The notes under the pieces were generated by a model. That model worked only from the letters and a program-made list of their open reading frames with translations. It had not been told where the DNA came from and did no database searches. Made by a program: the position numbers and the translations under genes. A stretch of 64,000 nt of DNA from Calcarisporiella thermophila CBS 279.70 (taxonomy: Eukaryota > Fungi > Calcarisporiellomycota). Location of the stretch: assembly GCF_041956535.1 (NCBI RefSeq), contig NW_027192196.1, forward strand, positions 514,921-578,920, read 5' to 3'. Positions 1-12,051 of the stretch are shown here, piece by piece; position 1 is the stretch's first letter; every line of letters starts with the position of its first letter.

Positions 1-701
1 CAACCTAGGTTACGCAATTTCAGAAACAGGCATCAGTTCGACAACGGCTGCGGTTCTGGTGGGGGTGATGTCGGGTGTGAACTCGGTTGCGCGCATTGTA
101 TTGGGCGGCATTGCTGATATCTAGTATGCAAGCTTGCATAGATGCCTTGTATTTGACCCCGTCCCTGACTGATTCTTTGTCATCATTCTATAGTGGTCGA
201 GTCAATATTCTTTTCCTCTCAGTTTTGGTCTCTGGACTCTCCATTCTACTACTTTGGGTATTTGCAAATTATTTTGGAGTCCTTGTGCTCTTTATTATAT
301 TCTATGGAGCCAGCTCAGGTATGCGAATTCAATCTTCAAGCACTTTATTACACTAGAGTTGTGATGATGCCTTATCTCTTCTACAGGAGGATTTATCAGC
401 TTGTTCCCAGTCATCGTGGCCGAGTTAGCCAAACCAGAAGACATCCCTGTGGCGATTGGCTTTGCCTTCTTTGCATTTGCCGTTGGAAGCTTTCTCGGTC
501 CTGGTTTTACGATTCTATTGCGATCTGCCGGCGGCAATTTAGCTGGAATTATATTTGCAGGATGGTATGTAGTTGATTATTATTGAGTCTATTTTGGGCC
601 TTCAAGAATTAACCTGTCCCAATAGTGTCACCCTCGTCGCTGCGTTGTTTTCCGTCTGGCTGCGATACCTCCTGGACAAACGAATTTTTGCAAAAGTGTA
701 A
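1..701 (+). CDS. MFS monocarboxylate-transporter-like (MCT/Mch) protein, 3' part (5' end outside window)
   Basis: Spliced reading ...NSVARIVLGGIADIYGRVNILFLSVLVSGLSILLLWVFA...GGFISLFPVIVAEL...WLRYLLDKRIFAKV*. Three GT-AG introns, MFS G-x3-D-x2-GR loop motif, multiple TM helices. Confidence 0.8.
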
Positions 702-1806
702 ATGATTTTAATCTTTCCATTACCAATTCGAGTGCATAGACATGTTGAATTTACCATTACATAATAAAGAATGCTATTGAAGATATCAAACGGCCTAAAC
801 AATAACCATCTTTATGAGCCATAATAGGCTAATTCAAACTGGTTCAGAGCCTCATCCCCAGCAGGGAGGAGTTTAGTAAAGCAGGAATGCTGGATTGAAT
901 AGAGGGGAGCCGGCTTTTAACGTTCATATCACCCAGCCCATTTACACGAGCTAACCGCCGTGAGGCTTGTATGGGATTCATTCGGTTTAAAATACTCCAC
1001 TCTTGCATTATCTCGGCGACATTGTCTTACGAAAACGCCTATTCTGGGTGAATTGAGTGTTGTTGGGTGTCAAGTCCTTATGAAGGAAAACACTAAACTT
1101 TAACATCCAGTTTTGCACGGAGAGGCATTAATTGACAACCGGTTTGGTACAATCCATACCCCAGTTAGCGGAGTCATTGACCTTTCAGGATTATAGAAAT
1201 AGGAGGGTTGCAGCAATAGGATAATTTGTAGAGTATTTGGTGTAGTCGCAATAATAGAAGAGGTAGCAGACAGTTTCTTGACGATTCTGTACTCGGAGTG
1301 TGGAACAGGCAATGCTTTTGTGGAATTCATCACGATCTTGTTGTATTGCTTAATAAAATCATTATCCAATGTTTGCTTAGGCTGTTATTTTGGCTCGAAA
1401 AGTTTTCTTCAGTAGTTGAATGGAAATGCCCTCTACTCTGAGTTTTTGCCTATACTAGTAGCTGTCATGTCTGGATTCTTTGGACAATATTGCTCGCTAA
1501 ATCTATTAATAGAGGAACTATAGGAGGTTAAAAAAGCTAGCATATATACATAGCACAGGCCACTGCATGGAGGAACAAGGTTGCTACTCCAAGGAGCAAT
1601 GATCTTGATGTATTGTTGGCAATGCAAGGTTCGATATTTATAATTCTAATTCGTAATGGAGTATGGGATTCGGGGCTGCATTGGAGGGTTGTGTGACTGG
1701 CAATTTGCTATCACCCCCTTTTTTCTTCCCCACCTTTTTTTTTATTTTACTTCACCGAATTCTTTTCCCACTCTTCCCCCTTTTCATTTCATCCGCGGCT
1801 TCAGCC

Positions 1807-2731
1807 ATGTTATCTTCACTCTTCTACATATGGCGGGACTGGTTTTTTCTCCCCTCGGTGCGCTTGGGCGTTAATCTCTACTACCTCTTCTGGCCAGCAG
1901 GTATACTGTTTGATCCTGTAGGTTGGCTGGGGATACCGGAACTACTAGGTGTACAGCGCCCTTATTATGCCGACGCCAAGAAACCAGCGCCTTCAGAGAA
2001 AAACGATCAAAAGCAAGCCGAGCAGACGAGTCATGAGGATCCACCTGCGTATGAGGATATCCAGGGCCAGAAATGTTCGGAAGGAATCAAGAAATCGCCA
2101 AGTGATTTTCAGAATGGAAACTACACCGTACCTACCGAGTGAGTAGCTCGCTTCGGGCACACCTTATTTTCCAATCGGAAGGGTTTCCCATATATCAACC
2201 TATTTCCGACTCTAACCATTGTCCCTCCGTAGATTTCTGTGGAGACGCGGTGGCAACGAGGTTTTCGTAACTGGAACCTTTGATGACTGGAAGAGTGAGT
2301 GAGAGTTCTCCCGGGTGTGAGCCGTACCCTCTGCATAGGAAAGCTACTCATACGTCCTCGTTGGGGATACCATTTCATTTTCAATTCTAGAGACGCTGAA
2401 AATGGCCAAGAGCTCTGCCGGGAACCAGGTGGTCCACTATGCTTGCCCGAGTATTGACCGGTCGAGGCCGCAGCTCTTCAAGTTTGTCGTTGATGGAGAA
2501 TGGTGGGCTTTTTTTTTTCATTTTCTCTCGTTTTGTCGAACGAATCTAAGCTATTTATTCCTATTGCTTTCCTGTTCTCTTAGGCGGTGCGATCCAGACC
2601 TACCGATAGTAAGGGATGAGGGTAAGTTAAGAGTGTCTACACCGCCCGTGGCCTTGGCCAAACAGGAATCTCACTTCGAAGTGTCTCTAGGTGGAAACGA
2701 GAATCATCAGCTCCCCAAGATGGAAATGTGA
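1807..2731 (+). CDS. Protein with hydrophobic N-terminus and C-terminal AMPK-beta-type glycogen-binding module (AMPK1_CBM/CBM48)
   Basis: gccATG at 1807. Five exons join in frame to VPTEFLWRRGGNEVFVTGTFDDWK...FKFVVDGEWRCDPDLPIVRDEGGNENH, the classic AMPK-beta CBM signature. Confidence 0.85.
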
Positions 2732-3264
2732 CGAGCAGAAGAAACACCGCTTGATCCGTGTCGACCTCCGAAAAGGACCATCCAAATTAGGACATTATGC
2801 CAAAGCTCGTTGTATCCATGTTTATAGTTTGGTTTCTGATATGAATGAATCGTTTGCAGATATTGTTGTTTCATACCATTTAGTGTTGTTCTATTTTTGA
2901 AAGTGAAAGGAAATGTAACTTTTCTCCTTTTGTGTGCAATCTAAGGTTATACTATAAACCTGCTAGTGGAGAGGGGAGGGGTGTGCGAATGGATTTTCTA
3001 TTGAAAGAGGAAAGGGGGCTACCAGCTCGTGGCGTAAAACACTGAATTAAGATTTCCCAAGTCACGGCTCGCGTGGCCCGGGAAATAGGGACATGCATGA
3101 GGTTTCGGGCCACCTTTTTCACATCCTCCTCCATTCTATAGCATTCCTCGTACCAACTCGCTCCACTCCATCTCGCTTTCCAGGACAAAGCGGCCCAAAG
3201 CTTCACTCGTTTTCAGCCTGTGCATTCTCTAGGATCTTAATCACCGGTCGGCCAGCCTTCGACA

Positions 3265-4786
3265 ATGCCTTCCCCCGTGGCCATCGTCATTTACCTCTCG
3301 GTCATTGTCGGCATCATTGCATGCCAGCTCCTACTCTACTTCTTGCTCAACATGGTCGCCAAACGAACGGACAACATGCTCGATGACGATATCATCAAAT
3401 ATGCGTAGGTGTATTTCCTATCTCTATTTCATTTGGCTCCAGCTTGCCCCTTGAAGCAGCCTCTCTAACTTGACCATGGCATTAGTCGGTGGCCAACTCT
3501 CCTTCTATTCCCCACCATCGGCGCACTGGCCTCCACCTCCATCCTCCAGCTGGAAGAGTCCACCTACAACACCCTTCACCACGCCTTGGTTATCATCTTG
3601 ATTATTGCCCTGACCTGGCTGGTCATGAATCTGATCAAAATCATCACCCACTTTGTTGCGCGGAAGCACGATTGGACTAAGAAGGAGAATAACCTACGGT
3701 CGCGGCAGGCCATGACCCAGTCGGTTGTGATTATGCGGACATTGAGCGGGTTGGTGATCGTGGTGGGCATCGGAGCCGTAAGTACCATATGCCCAGGGGC
3801 GACCCACGCTGGTGCCAACGAGGGGAAGTCAGACCTAATCTTCTATTGGGTTTCGTCTAGATCGCGTTAACTTTCCCGCAGGTGTACACGGTGGGGGCAT
3901 CCCTTTTGGCATCTGCCGGTATCTTGTCACTGATCGTGGGTATGAGCGCGAAGCCGATCTTTGAAAACATGGTAGGTTGAGGATGGATTCAATCAAAATG
4001 AAGCACTGTGATCGACGCTGCAAATCTGATGACACAGGTTGCCTCCCTCCAAATTGCCCTCACCCAACCGATCACCCTCGACGATGAGGTGCTCATCGAC
4101 GGCGAATACGGTCGCATTGGTAAGTTCCGTGCCCATCTTTCTAGCATTGTGTGGTTCGGCCGTTGTAATACATTCCGCCCCTTGCAGAGGAGATCGGGTC
4201 TCTCTACGTGGTCGTCCGCACCTGGGATGAACGGCGACTCGTGATTCCCCTCTCGAGATTCCTGACGCAGACCTTCGAGAATTGGACCCTCAAGAGCCCC
4301 CAGAAACTGGGCTATGTATACCTCTACCTGGACTACAGCATACCCATCGACGAGATACGGGAGAAATTGCGGCAGTACTGCGAGGAGAGTATTTATTGGG
4401 ATGGCCGAGTGGCCCTTGTTCATGTAAGGATTCATTTTCTATAGGTGGTGCTGCTTCTCCTCTCCCCCTCAGCTTTGCATGGGGAGAGGGCCCGTGGGCT
4501 ATCATTGACGTGTCGCCTTGTAACGTAGGTTACCGATGCGACCGAAAAGTGTATCCAGGTTCGTCTCCTTGTTAGCGCCCGCACAGCGCCGCTCTGCACT
4601 GACCTTCGCAACGAGCTGCGAGAAAAAATGATCCGGTACGTGAACGAGAAATACCCAGAGGCTTTGCCCGTTCTTCGATGCCATATCCACAAGCATAGTG
4701 AGGAAGCGAAAGATGAGGGCACGGTCGACGGGGACCCGTTGGGTGCGTGGCGGATGGGGTTGCAGGAAAACGAAAAAACAGAATAA
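3265..4786 (+). CDS. Small-conductance mechanosensitive channel, MscS family (bacterial-type)
   Basis: Six exons. GASLLASAGILSLIVG pore helix, QIALTQPITLDDEVLIDGEYGRIEEI, VVVRTWDERRLVIP and FENWT MscS beta-domain motifs. Confidence 0.9.
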
Positions 4787-5199
4787 ACTGATCCCAATCC
4801 AAATAAGGCTTCCCCTGCGGATCCTGATCAAGCATCTGCGGGGAAAGGCTTCTTTTAAGGCACTTTCTCTTCCTACGTAGATTATTTCCATGTTCGCACG
4901 GCATTTACCCCTATTCCTATCGACCCTCCTTCTTGTGCATCATCTCTTTTTATCTAGGGCAATCCCTTTTGTATTTATTTATACTCTCTAAAAAAACACT
5001 TTGGGTGGTCCGAATTAGCACCCAACCTCCTGTTTAGATATTAGATGTTAGGTATTTTCATTTTCCTTGTGGCAATAGACTCAGTGGACCTTGGACATGA
5101 TTATGGGTTGAGATTGGACTCGAAAGGCGGTTATACTATATAAAGTATTTTCAAAAGTTTATTCCTTTACATGTATAGAATAAGAAAAAGTAGGAGGGA

Positions 5200-5250
5200 G
5201 AAAAAAAAGAGTAAAGAGAAAAGAAAAAGAAAAAGAAAAAGAAAAAAAAG
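5200..5250. repeat. (AAAAGA)n purine-rich microsatellite
   Basis: Visible tandem gaaaaa/aaaaga units downstream of the kinesin stop. Confidence 0.7.
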
Positions 5251-5545
5251 ACAGCTATAGGGTGGGAGGAAAGGTAGAAAAAAAGGTGTGAAATCACGTC
5301 AACACATCCTGATATTAAGGGGGGAAAATAAGTGCACTAAAGCATCCCACTTATTAGAGGTGGGACGGAGGATATGACAAGAATAAGAATAGAGGGGGAG
5401 GGGTGCAGGGAAATTGGGGGGGGGGGGGCAAGGGAAGAGGAGATCAGGGGAGAGTGATTATATAAAGGAAAAAGAAAAGAAACTATATCTTACTGTATCA
5501 TGGAATGATAGTCTAAAAACATCTTTTTTATGTGGGTTGTCAGCT

Positions 5546-8500
5546 TTAGATGCCTCCGTTTCTCCACGCCGAGATCCAAGAGGTGCGTTTATCCTGCTTA
5601 TTCACCGACGGCGAGCTGGAGGGGCCCAGTCCCGCCCCGTTGTTATTGAGGGTGGCTCCGGAGGAGGAGGGGGCGGCGCCTCCATCCACCAGCTGGGCGT
5701 TTCCGCTCATCTCCACCGCGGGCACTCCACCGCCACGAAGCGGTTTCGCAATCCGGCCAAAGTTGAGGGCCGTGAAGGCGGGGTTTTGCGACTTCTGCGT
5801 GCGCGCCTGCTCGAGTCGCTCCCGCACCGATTGCAGCTGTGTCTCGAACTTCTGGTTTTGCATCGTCAGCTTCTCCTGGGCCTCCTGCAGTAGCATTTCC
5901 AGATTCTGGATGCGTTCATTGCGGGTGGCGAGTTTGCGCTCCGCAATGGCAACCTCCTTCTTGAGGGTTGCGTTCTGTTCGACAAGCTGCTTCTGCACGT
6001 TGGTCAACTGCTCGAGATTGCGCTCGAGGAAGGCCATCTTCTTTTGCTGAGCCTTGTTGTTGTTTGTCTTGACCGCCTGGTTGTACTGCTCCCGCGTCTC
6101 ATCGAGCGACATTTCAAGCTCAACCACCTTCTCACAGCGGTTTTGGAGGTCACGCATCAGCGCCTTCTTCATCATCTCGAAGTCAGCAAGTTGCTGAGAC
6201 TATAGAGGAGTGGGCGAGGGGGGGGGGGGCACAGAGTTGAGGGTTGAGCCACATCAAGATACACAAAAAACGACCCTCTGCTTACCATAGTCTGACGGAT
6301 ACGCTCGATATCCTTTTCCTTCTCTGCAATTTCCTTCGAGTCCACGATCTTGGGCTGCTGGTGCACCACGGTCTGCAACTCATCGTTGGCCCTGCGCAAA
6401 TCGAGAACGGTCGCGTTCAACCGGTGCATGCCCTCGTTCTTCTTCTCAAGCTCCCGGCGCAACTCCTCGATTTCCTTTTCTTGCGCCTCGCGTTTCGAGC
6501 TGTATTGCGCCTCGAGCTTCGTCTTCAACTCCTGGATGGTCGCGGCAATATCCATGTCGGAGCGCGCCTCCTCCTCTGCTATTGTCTTGTCCAGCAGGTC
6601 CTCGTACTCTAGCTCCATGTTGTTGAGGCGTAGTTCGAGCTCGTCGCGCTTCCGCATCAAACCGTCATTCTCCCGGTGCAGCTCCTCGATGGTGCGAGTG
6701 TGTTGCTCCACAATGGCACGCAGCTCGCACACCTCCTTCCGCAGGGAAGCCAACTCTTCGCTTTGTGCGCCTGAATCCGCCTCGTGTTTGCTGAGGGTCT
6801 CCCGCATTTGGTTTGCGCGCTCAGAAAGCATGCCGGAAGGATCCAGGTCCGCCATGATCGCCGCCAGCTTCTCCTGCTTCCGCTTCTCCTTGTCTTCCTC
6901 GAACGGATCACGCTTGGCAAGGCGCAGCTCTAGAATGTTTTTCTACCAATTGGGGAAGGGGGAGATCGGGTTAAATCCTATGACGAAACAATGCATTCGA
7001 CGGTGGATTAAAAAAAAAAACCTTGAGCGATTCGATCTCGTTGGAGAGCTCCTGGTTGGCCTCGCGAAGACTGTCCATGGTGATGACGGCCTCCTTATTC
7101 TCATAGGAGACCTTTTGGAGCTGCAATCGTAGCTCGTTGACTTCCGACGACATTTGTTTGTGCTCCTACAACCCCATAATACAAACGAGGATTAAACTAG
7201 GGCTCAGTCAGATCCGACTGAATAGAGAGTTTACCGCTGTCATCTGGGAATCGTGCTCCTTGATGAAGTTGAGCTCATCTCGTAACGCCTGGGTTTCCTT
7301 TTCCTTCTCCTGCAGCTCTGTCTCCTTCTCTGCAAGCTGGTCGGTAAGTTCATTCTCCCGCTTCAGGAATTCCTCTCTTTCGTCCTTTTCAAGCGGAACA
7401 GACGCGGGCGTAGCTGGGCGAGACTCCTCCTGTTGTGCGATGGCTTTGACAGCCGGGTTGGCCGCCAGCTGCGTCGGAAGCGAGCCCGAGACCACCTTGT
7501 CCATGGTGATCCACTCCGACTCGGGCACTTGCTCTCCTGCGCGCCACTGGCTGATCTCACCCTCAAGGGCAGCAATGTATTGCTGATAGGTAACCGCCTC
7601 GGATTTGACCTTTTTGAGCAAGGCCTTGAGCTCGGCAGGGCTGAGCTCTTGGTTGATCTTGGCCTTGTTCTTGATGGTCTTGGCCCTACAGGACGGCAGA
7701 GATGAGATGACCTGTGATAAAATCAGCTATCCAACTTCAGGACAGGTGGACGTACCTCATACCGAACCGAAGCGTACTGATAGTTTCGGCATCGTTGAAA
7801 GATGAGGGCGAGCAGTTGATGATGAGGGTTGTACGCGAATTACCACCCAGCGACTCCTGCAGGATTCGGGTCAGTTTACTGTCACGATAAGGGATGTGGG
7901 TAGACTATAAAAGTTGAAACGGAAGCATAGAGGTTAGAAATCATCTCGACTTGCTTTTGAAGGCCTATTTTACTTTTCCATCCGTCAAGGCATTGATCAC
8001 CATGCCAAGCGCCGAGAGCGACTTGTTGATCTTTTTGGCCTCCTCCAGAGTCTGGCCCGAAGCGCCCGTCTTTCCAACTTTCTCTGAACCCGCTAGATCG
8101 ACCAGGAAGAGCCGACCCATCTTCACTTTGCCGTCCACGAGATTCTTTTGAGCAATGTTAATCACGAAAATGGAGTGACTACGTGAACTCTCCGCATTCA
8201 TGTCTATGTGGAAGGAGTGGGAAAAAAAAAAATCGAAAAAAATTATCAATCCTTGGTAACTTCTCCAATCTCATTTTGAGTGCTCCTACTTGTATAAGCG
8301 ACCACTCGAGCATTTCCTCCTCGTCGCATGACTTCGTACACCTCCTGAATGGAGCTTACATATACTTCTAAAAGGCCTTTTACATACACACCACGGTTCT
8401 TCTCTTCATGAATCGGAAGATTGTCCTGACTCGCTAGATGGATTGAATGGATTGGTGATAGAGAAAAAGGAGTCATTCAGTACCCAAATCGACAGACTAG

Positions 8501-9220
8501 CTCTGAAATTCAGGAGAAGGGGAGGGGGGGAGAGTACTTACGATTTAACAGATCCCGAATTCTCTCCATATAAATTTCCATGTATGAGACTTTGACGGTA
8601 TATTCCATGGTGGGGGGTGACGACATAATGCTAGCAAAAATCTGCTCGACAATTCGAGGAATGATTCCCTTCAAGTCATCGTCATCGATGTTTGCTCCCT
8701 TTCATCAAGAAATTGGGTGGATAGAAGGGGAGTGAGAAATGGAGAGCAATATCCCAAGGTTCATCCGATACTCTACCATCATTGTAAAAGTTTTACCAGA
8801 GCCAGTCTGGCCATAAGCAAAGACGGTGCCATTATAACCATTCATCACATCTATTCAAAGGTGAAAAAAAAATGGTCAATCTCAATGTCGATCTGGAAGA
8901 GGCAAAACCGCAAATACCTTCGACGATAGGCTTGATGGAATGCTCAAAGAGATCATTCTGCCTGGTTTCCATGCCAAAGACGCGGTCAAACGTAAACGAT
9001 CCAGGATATTCCTTGCTCTAAAACAGCGCGGCAAATGTAATGTCCGACATCTCAAGGTATGGCATGCAAGCAAAATCGGCACGATCTCCAACACACTTAC
9101 CTCTACTTTGACCGTTGTATGATCTTCATCGATATTTATGATTGGGACACCTCCCTCTTTTATTTCTCTCTGGTTTTGCGGCCGAAACCGGCACACAACC
9201 TTGATATTATTGCCAGACAT
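5546..9220 (-). CDS. kinA: Conventional kinesin-1 heavy chain
   Basis: [10 protein letters not shown] start, GQTGSGKT P-loop, [23 protein letters not shown], long coiled coil, and tail [10 protein letters not shown] autoinhibitory IAK motif. Multi-exon. Confidence 0.97.
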
Positions 9221-10174
9221 TGGAAGTCTATGCGGGGAATGTTCTTCTAATCACAGACACTTCTAGAATTTGTGTTCAAGTTTTGCATGCGGTAGAAAAC
9301 AATAAAAAGTCAGGCCCAGTCCGACCCAAGACAAACATCCAATTGCCTACCTAGTTGAAAGAAAACAGATGGATGACTGAGAGTGGTGCGGACAATATGC
9401 AAATTGTGTCAGCAAGCGTCCTTTTGCGGTGATGCGTCTCTCTTTCTCTAGCGCCTCCCAATCTCTTTTCTGATCTGACCTCTCGCTAAGCAATGTAAAT
9501 GATGTAGGGAGAAATATGAGATGAACTTGAAACTGCTGCTGCTGAAATTTGGGGAATGTATCGCATCACTCTCTGACGTCGACCCTAGATAACCAGAAAT
9601 TTTTATTATCGGGTGTGACGCTGATTTAGGAATTTTTGGCAGCCGAGTCCAGGGCGGCCCGGGGGCTCGCGTGTTTGGCCAGACTAGGGGGCGGGGACGA
9701 AGCCGCCCCCAGCCAGCGGCCAAAGGGAACATGCCCAGAGCGTGCATTGGAGTCGCGGGAGCAGCGGAAACCAAGTCACGGAAATTAGCGAAAAGCATTG
9801 TGCATAGGATTTCATGCTCGCCTCTGCTCAGATGATTTGAGGGGATTCAAAGGAGAAATTATGAGCGGATGGGGATGTCTGAATCCTATTTAATATGTCG
9901 AAGGGAGGAGGGGAAAAAACAATAAATATACAGTGTATTGCCAGAAAAGAGAGCCCGATATGCTATTTTAACAACAAAACAAACAGGGAAGAAAAATGAA
10001 ATAACACTCCAATGCGGTCCAAACAAAACATGACTCCTTTCTAAATGAAAAAAAAAAAGAAGAGTTCTGAGAAGATGGGATGAAGAGGGGAGTTGAGGGC
10101 AGGCATTAGCAGCAATGACGCAAGAATCGAAGAGGGGGAGTGGGTGGGTTGGATGCCGGAGGAAGGTGAGGTAG

Positions 10175-11013
10175 CTAATATTGGTGTGCGGAGTGCCCGA
10201 AGTTTCCTTGGGGCTGGGTATAGGGGTGCACCAGCATGACCACCTGAGGCTGCGTGTACGGGTAAACGGGCTGAACATAGCCGTATTGCGCAGGGGCCTG
10301 AGGCGTGTAGGGTGCGGGCTGTTCGTAGCTGTAGCCTTGGGTGTATCCTATATTAAACAAAGCGGGTTGAGCAAACTGGCCTGCGGGTTGGGTTGCTCTC
10401 TCACGGGGGAGTTACCGGGGGGAATATAGGTGATGCCAGGCGAGCCAACGACCAAGGCCGGCCGCGGGATATCCGGTTCTCCTATGACCGGCTGGCCGCC
10501 GGGCGCCGTGACTCTGCCCGCCTGCCAGCCTTTGGGCCCTTGCACCAAGTCGTATTCTACCTGAAACACAAGCAGAGTTAGAAGCAGGAAAGGGGCCGCC
10601 GCCAGACTGCGGATCCAGAATTCAGCTCAGACATTACTTCTTCGCCCTAGAAGAAAACACAAGCCCACCTGGCGTCAGTAACACACACACACACACACAC
10701 ATGCAAGCCAATGGAAATCTCAAGCCCACCTCAGCCAAACTTTTGTAGACGCCTGAGCTGTAGATAGCCGAATGGTGCACGAAGACTGCGAACAACAAGT
10801 TAGTAAAGAAGAGAAGCAGCATGGAGGGGGGAGGCGGGATTGCGGGATCACCTTCGGCATTTCTCTCCTGCGGATTGTTGGGTATAATGAAGCCGTAGCC
10901 CTTGGTGCTATTAAAGAACTGGCATGGGGAGGAGGGGTTAGCGGGCGGCGGGCCGGTGGGGCGTGGGGCTGGCAACCTACCTTGACGCGCCCCGTTCGAC
11001 GTAGCGAAGACAT
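10175..11013 (-). CDS. Cold-shock domain (CSD) nucleic-acid-binding protein with Y/Q/P-rich tail
   Basis: Spliced RTGRVKFFNSTKGYGFI (RNP1), VFVHHSAI (RNP2), KSLAE-GEE-VEYDLVQGPKGWQAGRVT. Includes a 9-nt exon at 10638-10646. Confidence 0.92.
10681..10701. repeat. (CA)n microsatellite inside a CSD gene intron
   Basis: acacacacacacacacacac. Confidence 0.9.
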
Positions 11014-12051
11014 GGTGGAGTCGCAGGCTGGAAAGCAACAGAGATCAGATGAGCGGGGTTAAATAGAAGAGGCGGGAAGCAGAGCAGAGAGCGAAGAGGC
11101 AGAAGACGCGCCAAAGCGGGACAGGGAAATCTGGCGCGACGCAAGGGGAAGGTGGAGCGGGCAGTTTAGTAAACCTGAGGGGAAAATTTTTTTAAGGATA
11201 AATGAAGGAAGCGTGGCTCTATATGAGCTTTGAGTTTGCCACTCCTTGCTCAATTACATAACCCAGTCAACCTAATCGTTTGTGCATCGCTTGCGCATCG
11301 CCAACCCCATGCAATGTACAATTATGTGTTGAACAGGTTTATTCGCCAGTGTCGCCCCGACTCCCCCCTCCCGCCGCGCTCGTCTGGCGCCCCCTTCCTC
11401 GTCCACCCCCTTAGCCGCCCTCATCGCCGGCGCCCTCCGCGCCCCCCTTTGGCGCGCCGCTGGGCGAGGGAAATGACGTGGCGAACCCAGTGCTGTGCGG
11501 CCCTGCATCCGGGGACCAGGTTTAAGCTATGGAGCTCTTCTCACTAGACGTTAGTAACCAGCAGAGCTTTCCATTTCTATCCTTATTAATTAAGCGCTTT
11601 CCACTTCTCCCAGCTTCACTCATCTCCTTGCAACATTCCCGATGGCCTTTCTTCATTTCGACAGCAAAGCGGCACCATCGCCTTGGCAATGAGGGGGAGG
11701 CTGGGACCCATGTCGGTTCGATGGTGTGCCCCAAACCACAGCGTCCTCTTGTCCTAATACTCTCCTATGGCTCCAGCACTCGGGCTGGGACCCTTGTCTG
11801 AAAAGATATCCAAAAACACTCCCTGTCTTTCCCCTAGCATTTCTTCCAACCTACGCGCACGTCCACGACATCGCTCCGCTTATGAAACAAGGCAGTCTTC
11901 TGATAATCCGATTGGTATATTCTACCGAAGTCTGCAAGCAACTTCGAACATGATTAAATGAGGCTCGGGTGACTGCTTTTCCTCAACCTTGAATGGTCGC
12001 TCGCCAAGGATCTCTGGAATTCAGCGAGGGATTATTTCTTGGGGCGAGAAA

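Noticed and set aside
1080-1640. Short minus-strand ORFs in an AT-rich intergenic region
   Set aside because: No recognisable domain, repeat termini or consistent gene model.
5414-7805. Long plus-strand ORFs (e.g. 6350-7132, 5550-6050)
   Set aside because: Antisense shadows of the GC-rich kinesin coiled-coil exons.
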